From the IMG/VR virus record IMGVR_UViG_3300017917_001112, positions 101,257-165,256 of that record: DNA of 64,000 nucleotides; one strand, 5' to 3'. Shown one piece after another: positions 45,965-55,379 of the stretch; the first letter of the stretch is position 1, and each line of letters starts with the position of its first letter. Source of the DNA: a virus. The notes below the pieces were generated by a model that saw only the letters and a list, made by a program, of their open reading frames with translations, had not been told where the DNA came from and ran no database searches. The translations under genes and the position numbers were made by a program.

Positions 45965-47154
45965 CATACCTACTATTTTCTTGCGGACTTGTATTGTCTG
46001 CAGTAGCAGCGTATTATTCTGTGATGGGTCTTATCGCTATTTTCTCTACTGCAGTAATCCCCATCGCCATTATGGGTTCTGTTCTCGAAGCCAGTAAACT
46101 TGTAGCAGCATCTTGGTTATATCGAAACTGGAAAACAGCCCCAAGTCTGCTAAAGTATTATTTCACAACAGCAGTAATCGTACTTATGTTTTTAACAAGC
46201 ATGGGTATTTTTGGTTACTTGTCAAAAGCACACCTAGACCAAGCAGTTCCAACAGGAGATGTTGCTGCCAAGGTCTCCATCATTGATGAAAAAATAAAAA
46301 CACAAAAGGAGAACATCGATGCAGCTCGTAAAGCAATTACTCAACTGGATGCGCAAGTTGATCAAACCCTCGCAAGAAGTAGTGACGAAAGAGGAGCAGC
46401 CAACGCAGTCGCCATCCGTCAGCGTCAAGCCAAGGAAAGAGCAAGTCTCATCGACCAAATCAGTAGGTCGCAAACCGAGATCGCAAAACTCAACGAAGAA
46501 CGTGCGCCAATCGCAAGCGAACTCCGCAAAGTCGAAGCCGAAGTCGGTCCGATAAAATATATCGCAGCATTAATTTATGGAGATGTGCTTGACGATACAT
46601 TGCTAGAAAAGGCAGTTCGTATTGTCATCTTGATGATTGTTTTTGTATTTGATCCACTAGCAGTTCTCCTTTTAATTGCAGCGAATAGAGAATTGATGAA
46701 GAAAGATGAAGATGATTCTGGTGTAAAACAATTTTTCGAAAGAGCAAGAGAAACTGCGATAAAACTTGATGAAGAACGTGACGAACAAGAAAAACTAAAA
46801 TGGAAAAGTATAGTTTCTTCTTTAACAAAAAATGATAAGACAGAGACAGAATCTTCTAATTTAAATTATGATTCATACACTGGCATGACTGTTGAGATGA
46901 TGAAAGAAAAACCTGAAGAAAGTAAATGGGAAATTCCTGAACCACCAGCTGAACCACCAGAAGAATTTAAAAAAGTAGTCAAAGATTATTTTCATCCAGA
47001 AAACAAAACTAATGAGACAATGCTTTATGTTAACGAAGAGCCAGAACCAAAATTTATTTTGAATCCTGACTTTGATGAAAAGGATGCGTTCTTGGAGAAG
47101 AAAAAATTGATTCCAGTCCGTCCAAACTCACGCAGAACCCCTACAACCGAGTAA
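45961..47154 (+). CDS. membrane protein with coiled coil
   Basis: three N-terminal TM helices, TSMGIFGYLSKAH, EAEVGPIKYIA, FDPLAVLLL. Confidence 0.8.
   Translation: MTYLLFSCGLVLSAVAAYYSVMGLIAIFSTAVIPIAIMGSVLEASKLVAASWLYRNWKTAPSLLKYYFTTAVIVLMFLTSMGIFGYLSKAHLDQAVPTGDVAAKVSIIDEKIKTQKENIDAARKAITQLDAQVDQTLARSSDERGAANAVAIRQRQAKERASLIDQISRSQTEIAKLNEERAPIASELRKVEAEVGPIKYIAALIYGDVLDDTLLEKAVRIVILMIVFVFDPLAVLLLIAANRELMKKDEDDSGVKQFFERARETAIKLDEERDEQEKLKWKSIVSSLTKNDKTETESSNLNYDSYTGMTVEMMKEKPEESKWEIPEPPAEPPEEFKKVVKDYFHPENKTNETMLYVNEEPEPKFILNPDFDEKDAFLEKKKLIPVRPNSRRTPTTE
46319..46555 (+). CDS. candidate overprinted basic protein (+1 frame)
   Basis: AAGGAG SD at 7-nt spacing; local shift to C-ending codons in the host frame. 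Confidence 0.45.
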   Translation: MQLVKQLLNWMRKLIKPSQEVVTKEEQPTQSPSVSVKPRKEQVSSTKSVGRKPRSQNSTKNVRQSQANSAKSKPKSVR

Positions 47155-47181
47155 ACTTTCGTTTTAAATCAATGACTTAGG

Positions 47182-47210
47182 ATACCCCTACCCAGTGTAG
47201 GGGTATTTTC
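47182..47210 (+). terminator. inverted repeat (terminator or operator)
   Basis: ATACCCCTAC-CCAGT-GTAGGGGTAT then TTTC. Confidence 0.6.
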
Positions 47211-47219
47211 ATTGGGGTA

Positions 47220-47248
47220 TTGACAATAATTCGGTTTTCCAGTATAAT
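47220..47248 (+). promoter_or_regulatory. sigma70-type early promoter
   Basis: TTGACA-17-TATAAT. Confidence 0.88.
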
Positions 47249-47277
47249 TATCTTATGATAATTGAAAAGGAAATCGA

Positions 47278-47514
47278 ATGAAAGTCTTATATACCAGCCC
47301 TGTCTTTAAAGATGCCGATGGCTCTGCTCGTCAAGTGTTGATTCCTCTGCATGCTGTCGAAACCTATGCCAAACGTGATGCTGCTCTGTTGGCTATGATT
47401 GCTCTTGGTGGCATCAATGCTGATCCCACTCCCGAGTTTATGGCTTTCCGCAAAACGATGATGTCTGCGAAACGCAAGATCGAGCGCAATGGTTGGTACT
47501 CTCGCGAAGTTTGA
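47278..47514 (+). CDS. hypothetical early protein
   Basis: AAGGA SD. Confidence 0.65.
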   Translation: MKVLYTSPVFKDADGSARQVLIPLHAVETYAKRDAALLAMIALGGINADPTPEFMAFRKTMMSAKRKIERNGWYSREV

Positions 47515-47523
47515 GGTGATAAT

Positions 47524-48201
47524 ATGAAACTACTTTCAACTGGTAATCCAAAACTTCTCAAAGGCGAAAAGAAAGGCTACATGTCTTTCGTCCTTCACCT
47601 GTCGCCTGCGAATGTGTCTGGCTATGAAACCTGCCCCAAACGCACTGCTGGTTGCACTGCTGCTTGTCTGAACACAGCTGGTCGTGGTGGTATGTTCAAG
47701 AAAGGCGAAACTACTAACATGATTCAGGAAGCACGCAAGCGTAAGACACGCATGTTCTTTGAATCACGCGAACAGTTTCTAGTCGATCTTGAAGCAGATA
47801 TCCGTCTCGGAATCAAGCAAGCAGAGAAGAAAGGGTTGATTCCTTGTTTCCGTCTCAATGGAACCAGCGATATTGCTTGGGAAAAGTATGGTATTATCGA
47901 GAAGTTTCCGAATGTGCAGTTCTATGATTATACGAAGATGCGCAATCGTAAAGTTTCTCACCTGAAGAACTACCACCTGACTTTCTCTAAGGCAGATGGT
48001 AACGACATGGACGTGCGTCTTGCTGCTCAAGCAGGCATGAATGTGGCAGCTGTATTCAAGTCTATGCCTGAGACTTATATCGGTCGTCCTGTTATTGATG
48101 GCGACGAAACCGATTTGCGTTTCCTTGACCCAAAGGGTGTTATCGTTGGACTCAAAGCCAAAGGTAAAGCGAAGAAAGATACAACAGGATTTGTTGTATA
48201 A
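47524..48201 (+). CDS. Gp88-like Cys-cluster protein
   Basis: CP..T.GC..ACLNTAGRG, RLNGTSDI, FYDYTK, DGDETDLRFLD. Confidence 0.7.
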   Translation: MKLLSTGNPKLLKGEKKGYMSFVLHLSPANVSGYETCPKRTAGCTAACLNTAGRGGMFKKGETTNMIQEARKRKTRMFFESREQFLVDLEADIRLGIKQAEKKGLIPCFRLNGTSDIAWEKYGIIEKFPNVQFYDYTKMRNRKVSHLKNYHLTFSKADGNDMDVRLAAQAGMNVAAVFKSMPETYIGRPVIDGDETDLRFLDPKGVIVGLKAKGKAKKDTTGFVV

Positions 48202-48207
48202 AATAAC

Positions 48208-48236
48208 TTGACATTTATTAAAGAGTGAGGTATACT
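48208..48236 (+). promoter_or_regulatory. sigma70-type promoter
   Basis: TTGACA-17-TATACT. Confidence 0.75.
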
Positions 48237-48242
48237 TATCTT

Positions 48243-48623
48243 ATGGGATTAATGCCAGCATTTTATACAACTACGAATACGAAAAAGCGTAAGCAGAAAT
48301 TCAAGTCTGCTGAGCAGAAGCGTAAACACGAAAAACTTGCCCAAGATTGGGAAAACTTGAAAAGGAAATATAATGTCGAATCTTCAAAACGCAGTAACGA
48401 CTTTCAAACTTACAGCCCAAAACGCAATGCTCCACCTCGGGGAGAATCTGTCCACTATCCTAGTCGTGACAGCCATGTTGCTGGTGGCACTGTTCCAATA
48501 GATGGTAAGAAAGTCTATACTGGTACCAAAATGATTGGTATTGGCACTTTACATAAATCAAATGCAGTTCCAATTTTCTCAGACGATGATGCCAAGGAGA
48601 TTGCTCGAATGCGTAGAGGGTAG
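48243..48623 (+). CDS. conserved basic hypothetical protein
   Basis: YTGTKMIGIGTLHKSNAVPIF. Confidence 0.7.
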   Translation: MGLMPAFYTTTNTKKRKQKFKSAEQKRKHEKLAQDWENLKRKYNVESSKRSNDFQTYSPKRNAPPRGESVHYPSRDSHVAGGTVPIDGKKVYTGTKMIGIGTLHKSNAVPIFSDDDAKEIARMRRG

Positions 48624-48624
48624 T

Positions 48625-49479
48625 ATGAAAATAGCAGTATGTTCAGATTTACATCTTGAGTTTGCGCCACTAACATTGCAAAATGAAAGTGGTGCAGATG
48701 TTTTAATTCTATCTGGAGACATTCTTGTCGAGAACGATCTAGATGAATGGAACGAACAACAAGCCGAGAGTGGTTTCTCTCGTCGCCGTTCGGTGATGTA
48801 TCACACATTCTTTCAAGAGTGCGCTCAAGCATTTCCGCATGTTATCTACATCGCTGGGAATCACGAACACTATCATGGCGACTTTAGATATACGCTTTCT
48901 TCGCTAAAACACAAGTTCAAATACTTGCCAAATGTTTATGTTCTTGACAAAGAGATTGTTAAGATTGATGGTGTGACATTTGCTGGTGGAACTTTGTGGA
49001 CTAATATGAATAAAGAAGATCCAATGACATTGTATCATATTAAAAGTATGATGAATGATTTTAATTGTGTAAAAAACAGTAATCGTGAGGTTCACTATAA
49101 AGATCCAGAGGGCAAACGACACACACGTGTTTCTAAATTTAGTCCAGAAGATGCTGTTGAAGAAAACAAAAAATGTTTTGAATTTATAAAACACATTGTA
49201 TCTGAGAATGATAAAGTTGTTGTAGTTGGTCATCACACACCATCAAGACAGTCTATGCATCCTCGTTATTCGCATGATGAATATATGAATGGTGGTTATC
49301 ATAACAGCTATGAAGAATATATCATGGATCATCCACAAATTAAATTGTGGACACATGGTCATACTCACGAAAGGTATGATTATATGATTGGTGATACACG
49401 TGTTGTTTGTAATCCACGTGGGTATAAGGGATACGAAAGTATTTCTGATGATTTTGAACTAAAGATCGTGGAGATTTGA
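48625..49479 (+). CDS. calcineurin-like metallophosphoesterase
   Basis: SDLH, GDI, GNHEHY, HHTP, HGHTH, NPRGY. Confidence 0.9.
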   Translation: MKIAVCSDLHLEFAPLTLQNESGADVLILSGDILVENDLDEWNEQQAESGFSRRRSVMYHTFFQECAQAFPHVIYIAGNHEHYHGDFRYTLSSLKHKFKYLPNVYVLDKEIVKIDGVTFAGGTLWTNMNKEDPMTLYHIKSMMNDFNCVKNSNREVHYKDPEGKRHTRVSKFSPEDAVEENKKCFEFIKHIVSENDKVVVVGHHTPSRQSMHPRYSHDEYMNGGYHNSYEEYIMDHPQIKLWTHGHTHERYDYMIGDTRVVCNPRGYKGYESISDDFELKIVEI

Positions 49480-49480
49480 A

Positions 49481-49816
49481 ATGAGAGAGTATACACCAGA
49501 TAGTTGGGTAATGTTGCAGATTAAATCTAATGGACAGACTGTTTATAAAGTTTTGGCTGGCTGGGGTGGTAGCTACCTTTATGGCGCAAGCTGGAAACTG
49601 AACAGTGGTGTCACGAAGATTGAGGAAGATGGACAGTGCTATTTGTTCCATGGTTCTAGTGGCAGCGTGTATCGTTGTCGTAAGAACTGCTATGGATTGA
49701 GTGGCTACACTGCAGGAATTCTTGCAAATTTCCGAAATGAAGTTGAGGGATCTGATGGAGTTTCGCTAGATATGTTACCTGAAGAAACTAATTTTATGGA
49801 AATAGAATATGCTTGA
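49481..49816 (+). CDS. conserved phage hypothetical protein
   Basis: YKVLAGWGGSYLYG.SWKLNSG, SGSVYRC. Confidence 0.75.
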   Translation: MREYTPDSWVMLQIKSNGQTVYKVLAGWGGSYLYGASWKLNSGVTKIEEDGQCYLFHGSSGSVYRCRKNCYGLSGYTAGILANFRNEVEGSDGVSLDMLPEETNFMEIEYA

Positions 49817-50093
49817 TTTGTTTAGACCTACATTTGAATGGATAAAAGATGACTGGAACAGCAATCCTTTTCGCTTTGTTGCCGAGCTTATTGCTTGGGC
49901 TATTAGTATTGGCTGTAGTATTACAATGGCACTTACCGTACCAACACCTCCCCTCTTGGTTCTTTACCCTGTGTGGATTCTTGGCTGTGCTATCTATGCT
50001 TGGGCTGCTTATACTCGGAAATCATTTGGCATGTTGGCTAACTACATCTTGTTAACCACTATTGATACTGTTGGTTTGATTCGTATGCTTTAA
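49809..50093 (+). CDS. small membrane protein
   Basis: three hydrophobic segments. Confidence 0.7.
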   Translation: MLDLFRPTFEWIKDDWNSNPFRFVAELIAWAISIGCSITMALTVPTPPLLVLYPVWILGCAIYAWAAYTRKSFGMLANYILLTTIDTVGLIRML

Positions 50094-50103
50094 GGAGAAA
50101 AAT

Positions 50104-50334
50104 ATGGCAAAACAAAAACAAAAAAAAGAAGTTATCGACTACATTCCGTATGAGTTGAAACCTGATAAAACTTTCAGGATGAATTCACAAACGAAACGTA
50201 TACTAGCACTAGGAAATTTTAGAACTGAAGAAGATCGTAATGCATGGAAACGTGCAATGATTAAAGCACAGTTGCATGAAGAGTACGCAAAACGAAGTTC
50301 ATTGAAGAGAGATAAAGAAGATGTATCCTCATGA
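50104..50334 (+). CDS. hypothetical protein
   Basis: AGGAG SD. Confidence 0.7.
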   Translation: MAKQKQKKEVIDYIPYELKPDKTFRMNSQTKRILALGNFRTEEDRNAWKRAMIKAQLHEEYAKRSSLKRDKEDVSS

Positions 50335-50506
50335 GATTGAACATGCATCTTCGAAAATCCTAGAAATATTAGAGATTGACATTAATTCACTTTCCGAGGT
50401 AAAATATAAAGAGTTGGGAGAATTTGTTTCAGCACTCACAACTGTTCATTACTCGAAAGGACATGATGATGGTTACACGCTATGCTCTGGTTATTCAAGA
50501 AAGTAA
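50321..50506 (+). CDS. hypothetical protein
   Basis: overlapping ORF in operon. Confidence 0.5.
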   Translation: MYPHEIEHASSKILEILEIDINSLSEVKYKELGEFVSALTTVHYSKGHDDGYTLCSGYSRK

Positions 50507-50621
50507 GCCAAGAAATTGGGTTGCTAAGGATCTTCGCACACCGAAATATCGTCAACGTGTAGAATTGAGCAAAAAGAAATATACTCGTAAGGAGAAACAT
50601 CGTGGGATTGAATCGCTTTGA
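50463..50621 (+). CDS. ArfA-like small basic protein
   Basis: NWVAKDLRTPKYRQRVELSKKKYTRKEKH resembles ArfA (P.FRQRVE...Y.RK.KH). Confidence 0.5.
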   Translation: MMMVTRYALVIQESKPRNWVAKDLRTPKYRQRVELSKKKYTRKEKHRGIESL

Positions 50622-51285
50622 TAAATCTATGGACGAAGAGATCCATAAACATTTAGAGATCGACAAAGGAGATACTGTATTGACAATCAGTGTCTTCGAT
50701 ACTCCATCGACAGGAGATATTGAAATCGATATATGCAGAACCGATAAAGAAGAGAAATTAAAATTTAATTCTTACAAGATGTTTTTGACAAAAGAGCAGT
50801 TAAAAGAATTCGCATATTTCTTTTCTGATATTGAACGAAAAGTTTCTATTCGCAATTCGCATGAATTTCTTGAAGACATTCGTCTTGATATGATTGCCGA
50901 AAAAGAAAAGCAAATAGATTTACATGAAGTTGACGACGATCATGTCAACTTGAATTGTCCAAATCTTTTTAGAGATGTCATTGATAGTCAAACTATCAAA
51001 AGTAAAATGCGAGCAAGTAAAGATTATTGCAAGCGTTTCTATGCTGCAATGTGTAATACTGACTTGTATAAAGTTGGCTCTGCTGGCGAGTATGGTTTCA
51101 GCTGGAGATCTGCTGGTGGATTGGTTGCCGACATCCTCGGAGAAGGCGATTATCTAGACTGGTATTGTTCTGGTAATGAGGGTTTCGTTGATGATGAAAT
51201 TGCTGATGACTTGAACGCTATCGGCTGGGTTGCTGTGCCGATGGAGGTTGATGTGACAGAGGAGAACCAAAGGAATTTGTTATAA
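50602..51285 (+). CDS. hypothetical protein
   Basis: SWRSAGGLVAD, DYLDWYCSGNEG; AGGAG SD. Confidence 0.7.
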   Translation: MGLNRFDKSMDEEIHKHLEIDKGDTVLTISVFDTPSTGDIEIDICRTDKEEKLKFNSYKMFLTKEQLKEFAYFFSDIERKVSIRNSHEFLEDIRLDMIAEKEKQIDLHEVDDDHVNLNCPNLFRDVIDSQTIKSKMRASKDYCKRFYAAMCNTDLYKVGSAGEYGFSWRSAGGLVADILGEGDYLDWYCSGNEGFVDDEIADDLNAIGWVAVPMEVDVTEENQRNLL

Positions 51286-51614
51286 TGTTTGATTTAGTTT
51301 TGCTTATTTTGGGTTGCTATTTAATTTTTAATGTTTGGCATGCTTTGACTCTTATAAGAAAGAGAGAAGAATACAAAGAAGAAGTTGGTGATTTGATTGC
51401 GAAAGCACAAGAAGAATTGAAGAAAATTCTTGTTGTCCGTGTCGAGAAACATGGAGAAATGATGTATTTGTATAATCAAACAAATAATGAGTTTATTTGC
51501 CAAGGTAAAGATTTAGAAGAAGTAAGAAAAGCATATTTACTTCGTTACCCGAATAAACGTGCTTTAGTTGATGATGGTAAAGAATTGTTGTTTAAGGAGA
51601 AAGTCAATGTCTAA
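51285..51614 (+). CDS. membrane-anchored hypothetical protein
   Basis: N-terminal TM helix; FICQG. Confidence 0.65.
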   Translation: MFDLVLLILGCYLIFNVWHALTLIRKREEYKEEVGDLIAKAQEELKKILVVRVEKHGEMMYLYNQTNNEFICQGKDLEEVRKAYLLRYPNKRALVDDGKELLFKEKVNV

Positions 51615-52026
51615 TGATATTATTGATGTAGAAGTTAATGAAGTTCCAGATGAGGAACAAGTTAAAAAGGAGTTGAACCATCCAAACTTTAAAAACTGGT
51701 TTGCTGGTTTGTTGAAAGAGACTGAAGTAAATCTTAAATTTGTAAAAGCCAATGGCGAAATGAGGGAGATGAGGTGTTCATTAAATGAAGATTTTATTCC
51801 AGAAGATAAAAGACCAAAAGATTCTGGCAGAAAACAGCCAGAAGATTCTATTGCTGTTTTCGACATTGAGAAACAAGATTGGCGTTCTTTTAGATATGAT
51901 TCTATCAAAGAATTCGATTGGGAGTTACCTAGCGATTCTGAGTATCCATCTGCGCCAATGCCTGTTTTCTTTGACGAAAACGGAAACGAAATCAATGAAG
52001 AGGAGGAAACCAATGGACAACAGTAA
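51607..52026 (+). CDS. WYL-like/Sm-SH3 (DUF2693-type) protein
   Basis: FVKANGEMREMRCSL...VFDIEKQDWRSFR. Confidence 0.75.
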   Translation: MSNDIIDVEVNEVPDEEQVKKELNHPNFKNWFAGLLKETEVNLKFVKANGEMREMRCSLNEDFIPEDKRPKDSGRKQPEDSIAVFDIEKQDWRSFRYDSIKEFDWELPSDSEYPSAPMPVFFDENGNEINEEEETNGQQ

Positions 52027-52243
52027 TGTATTTGTGTCAGCAGCAGCAATTGTTATTATTGCTGTTTCTGGTTGTATTACATATTCACATATTGTTGATA
52101 GCAACAACAATAAAGAGATTGTATCACGTGCGATTGAGAGAGGTATGGATCCAATTCAAGCATCATGTGCTGCAAATATCTCAACCAATAGTAGAGATAT
52201 TCGTTCTACTTGTGAAAAAATGGCAATCATAAAAGGTAAGTAA
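52013..52243 (+). CDS. small membrane-anchored protein
   Basis: N-terminal TM helix; GMDPIQASCA. Confidence 0.65.
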   Translation: MDNSNVFVSAAAIVIIAVSGCITYSHIVDSNNNKEIVSRAIERGMDPIQASCAANISTNSRDIRSTCEKMAIIKGK

Positions 52244-52244
52244 T

Positions 52245-52427
52245 ATGAAAGTTTTTCTGTTGATTCTGTTGGTTGTCGCTATATTCATTGGTGCGCCGAT
52301 TGCGACACTTTGGTCTATCAATACCCTATTTCCTGTTGTGGCGATCCCATACACGCTGGAAACTTGGTTGGCAGCGTTTATCCTCTTTGCAGGGGTCACT
52401 GGACTTGGGGTTTCGAACAGAAAATAA
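52245..52427 (+). CDS. small membrane protein
   Basis: two TM helices, WSINTLFP. Confidence 0.65.
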   Translation: MKVFLLILLVVAIFIGAPIATLWSINTLFPVVAIPYTLETWLAAFILFAGVTGLGVSNRK

Positions 52428-52430
52428 TGC

Positions 52431-52459
52431 TTGACATTTATTCCCTTTCGAGGTATAAT
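52431..52459 (+). promoter_or_regulatory. sigma70-type promoter
   Basis: TTGACA-17-TATAAT. Confidence 0.85.
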
Positions 52460-52482
52460 ATATACTTGAAAGGAGTCAAAAA

Positions 52483-53592
52483 GTGACTAAAATAAACGAA
52501 GCGAAAGCAAGAAAGCGTCAAGAACTTATTGATCGTGTTTCTGGTAAAACAGATGAACCATTAATTGTTCTTGACGCAGACAAATCTTATAACACTCAAC
52601 TTCATTCTGCGTTGAATTGGTTTGCAAACCATGCCGATTCAAAACAACGCAAAGCATGGGTATTGTCTTACTACAAGAAACTCAAGAACACTGACTACGT
52701 AGAACACTTTTCTGAGTTACCTGATTTTGATTTTCACTCACTTGGAGTTTTACTGCGAATGAAGAGTCGTGGTTCATTCCTTGCTGAGAAAGAAGAACAG
52801 TTTATTGCTGAGAAAGTTTCAGAACTGTTACAGAAACAGGTTGCCAAGAAAATGGTAGTCACATCTAAACCAACCACAGCTGTTGTTATCAATATTCAAG
52901 ATCGAATCTTAGAGAAAGCCAAAGAGGTTGCTGGCGAACTAGATGGTCAACTTGATGATTTTATGCTTGCTGGTAAACCTGCTGGTTTCAAACTAAACTT
53001 CACAAATCTAAATTCTGCCATCGCGAAGCAAGTTGCTCCGATGTATAAGACACAACTCGCAGAAATTGAAGAAGCAATTGAAGGCGAAGATGAACAGCTG
53101 GTTGAGGGTTACTCAAACTTTACAAAGCCACAGCTGAAACGATATCGTGATTTGCTACAGTCAATCATTGACCAGTGCGAACAAGCGAAGAAGATCGTGC
53201 GTAAGCCACGTGTTCGTAAAGCAAAACCTGCTGGTGAAGTTGTCAAGCGTCTTAAGTTTAAGAAAGAAGATACTGAACTTGGTCTTAAGTCTGTTTCTGC
53301 TCCGACCATTGTTGGTGCTACAGAGTTGTGGGTGTATAATACAAAGTATCGTAAACTTCAAGTATATCGTGCCATTGAGAACAGTTCTTTGACTGTTAAG
53401 GGGACATCTATCTTGAATTATGACACTAGCACTTCTGGTTCTAAGACTTTGCGTAAACCAAAAGAACAACTGACAGCTATGTTGTCGATGACAAAACGAC
53501 CACTGGGTGCTGCGTATAAAGCCATCAAAGGCAAAGAAGCAACACCAAATGGTCGTATTAATGAAGAATGTATCCTGTTGAAAGTATTTTAA
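52483..53592 (+). CDS. conserved T4-like hypothetical protein
   Basis: QLVEGYS, LWVYNTKYRKL, KTLRKP, NGRIN. Confidence 0.75.
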   Translation: MTKINEAKARKRQELIDRVSGKTDEPLIVLDADKSYNTQLHSALNWFANHADSKQRKAWVLSYYKKLKNTDYVEHFSELPDFDFHSLGVLLRMKSRGSFLAEKEEQFIAEKVSELLQKQVAKKMVVTSKPTTAVVINIQDRILEKAKEVAGELDGQLDDFMLAGKPAGFKLNFTNLNSAIAKQVAPMYKTQLAEIEEAIEGEDEQLVEGYSNFTKPQLKRYRDLLQSIIDQCEQAKKIVRKPRVRKAKPAGEVVKRLKFKKEDTELGLKSVSAPTIVGATELWVYNTKYRKLQVYRAIENSSLTVKGTSILNYDTSTSGSKTLRKPKEQLTAMLSMTKRPLGAAYKAIKGKEATPNGRINEECILLKVF

Positions 53593-53593
53593 A

Positions 53594-54487
53594 ATGATTC
53601 TAATTGATTACTCGCAAGTAGCACTTGCATCTATCCTAACTTTCCAGGCAGACTTGAAGAGTGGCGACCCAGAAAAGGTTATCAATCTGATTCGTCATGT
53701 GACATTGTCATCGATCAAGTCATTTAAGAAGAAATATGGAAAAGAATATGGCGAGATTGTTCTTTGTTGTGATGGTCGTAAGTACTGGCGTCGTGATGTG
53801 TTCCCACACTACAAAGCCAATAGAAAGAAAGCAAGAGATGCCAGCGATCTACCTTGGACACTGATTTTTGATACACTCAATCAGATGCGTCAAGATGTTG
53901 CTGAACATTTCCCCTACCGTGTTCTTCACATTGATGAAGCGGAAGCAGACGACATCATCGCTGTTCTTTCGAAATATTGTCAGGAGAATGAGCTGTTGGA
54001 TATTGGTTTGGTTTCTGAGCCACAAAAGATTTTGATTCTCTCATCAGACCATGACTTTATACAACTTCAGAAGTATCCGAATGTGACACAGTGGTCTCCA
54101 AATACCAAGAAGTTTGTAAAAGCAACTCATAAAGAAATTCATGAGAAGCGTATTACGCATATCGTAAAGGCAGGCGACGATGGTATTCCAAACATCTTTA
54201 GTAAAGATGATGTGTTCGTCAACAATGAAAGACAAAAACCTGTCAGCGCAAAACGTCTTCAGGAATTTATTGAGAATGGTTTCATCGCATGTAAGAATGA
54301 CGAAGAACGTCGCAACTGGCAACGCAATATTCAGTTGGTAGATTTCGATTTTATTCCTGATCAAATTTCTAATAAAATCATTGATGCGTATCTAAATAAT
54401 AAACCAAAAGGCGATAAGATGACTGCCATGAAATACTTGATGGACCATCGTTGTCGATTACTACTTGAAGAAATTGAGGAGTTTTAA
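53594..54487 (+). CDS. rnh: RNase H / 5'-3' exonuclease (T4 rnh)
   Basis: ILIDYSQ, YWRR..F..YK..R, EADDII, SSDHDF.QL, DGIPN. Confidence 0.93.
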   Translation: MILIDYSQVALASILTFQADLKSGDPEKVINLIRHVTLSSIKSFKKKYGKEYGEIVLCCDGRKYWRRDVFPHYKANRKKARDASDLPWTLIFDTLNQMRQDVAEHFPYRVLHIDEAEADDIIAVLSKYCQENELLDIGLVSEPQKILILSSDHDFIQLQKYPNVTQWSPNTKKFVKATHKEIHEKRITHIVKAGDDGIPNIFSKDDVFVNNERQKPVSAKRLQEFIENGFIACKNDEERRNWQRNIQLVDFDFIPDQISNKIIDAYLNNKPKGDKMTAMKYLMDHRCRLLLEEIEEF

Positions 54488-54967
54488 ATGAGTAAACAAA
54501 CTAAGTATATCCCAGAAGTTTTTGAAGAAATTACTAAAGATCCAAAGAAGGCAGTTGAATATAAAGATGATTTCGCATTTAAAACAATTTTGAAATGCGC
54601 ATTTGATGCAGATTATAAATTCAATCTTCCTAATGGTGATCCTCCATTCAAACCTGCTGCACAACCAATAGGAATGACAAGTTCGAATTTCCGTCAGGAA
54701 ATGCGTAGAATGTATATCTTCACTAAGTTTAGTGATGTTACATCAAAGATGCGTCGTGAGCAATTATATGTTCAGTTGCTAGAAACAATCCATCCTTCTG
54801 AAGCAAAAATTTTAAATGCGATGAAAGATCAGAAATTAGATGCTCTCTATCCAAAAATTACGGCAGAGTTTGTTAAGAAAAACTTTCCTGATGTTCTGCC
54901 AGAAGGAGTGGTGGTAGCAGAACCAGCAAAAAAATTGAAAGTGAAAAGTGCAGAAAAAGTGGATTGA
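54488..54967 (+). CDS. conserved T4-like hypothetical protein
   Basis: LP.G.PPFK, RREQL..QLLE.IHP.EA. Confidence 0.75.
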   Translation: MSKQTKYIPEVFEEITKDPKKAVEYKDDFAFKTILKCAFDADYKFNLPNGDPPFKPAAQPIGMTSSNFRQEMRRMYIFTKFSDVTSKMRREQLYVQLLETIHPSEAKILNAMKDQKLDALYPKITAEFVKKNFPDVLPEGVVVAEPAKKLKVKSAEKVD

Positions 54968-55379
54968 TGCGTATCTTGACATGGCTGAAAGGTTCGCCGA
55001 ACTCAGCCACGCAAAACGTCTCAGAGTTGGAGCAATTGTGGTCAAAGACAATAGAGTCATATCCATCGGTTATAATGGAACGCCAGCAGGATGGGATAAT
55101 GTCTGCGAAGAAGTTGTCGAAACGCATGAAGATGGTGGTGTGGTTACGAAAACTAAGGATGAAGTAATCCATGCAGAAGCAAACGCAATTAGTAAACTCG
55201 CTAGAGATGGTGAAGCAGGTTTGGGTTCATCTATGTTTTTAACCCACGCACCTTGTGTTCAATGTGCGAAAATGATTTATGGAGCAGGTATTAACACTGT
55301 TTATTACAGAAACAGTTATCGAGATGAAGCTGGTATAAATTTTTTGAAGAAGTGTAACTTGGAGGTTATTAAATCATGA
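54948..55379 (+). CDS. cd: dCMP deaminase
   Basis: GYNGTP, HAEANAI, PCVQC. Confidence 0.92.
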   Translation: MQKKWIDAYLDMAERFAELSHAKRLRVGAIVVKDNRVISIGYNGTPAGWDNVCEEVVETHEDGGVVTKTKDEVIHAEANAISKLARDGEAGLGSSMFLTHAPCVQCAKMIYGAGINTVYYRNSYRDEAGINFLKKCNLEVIKS

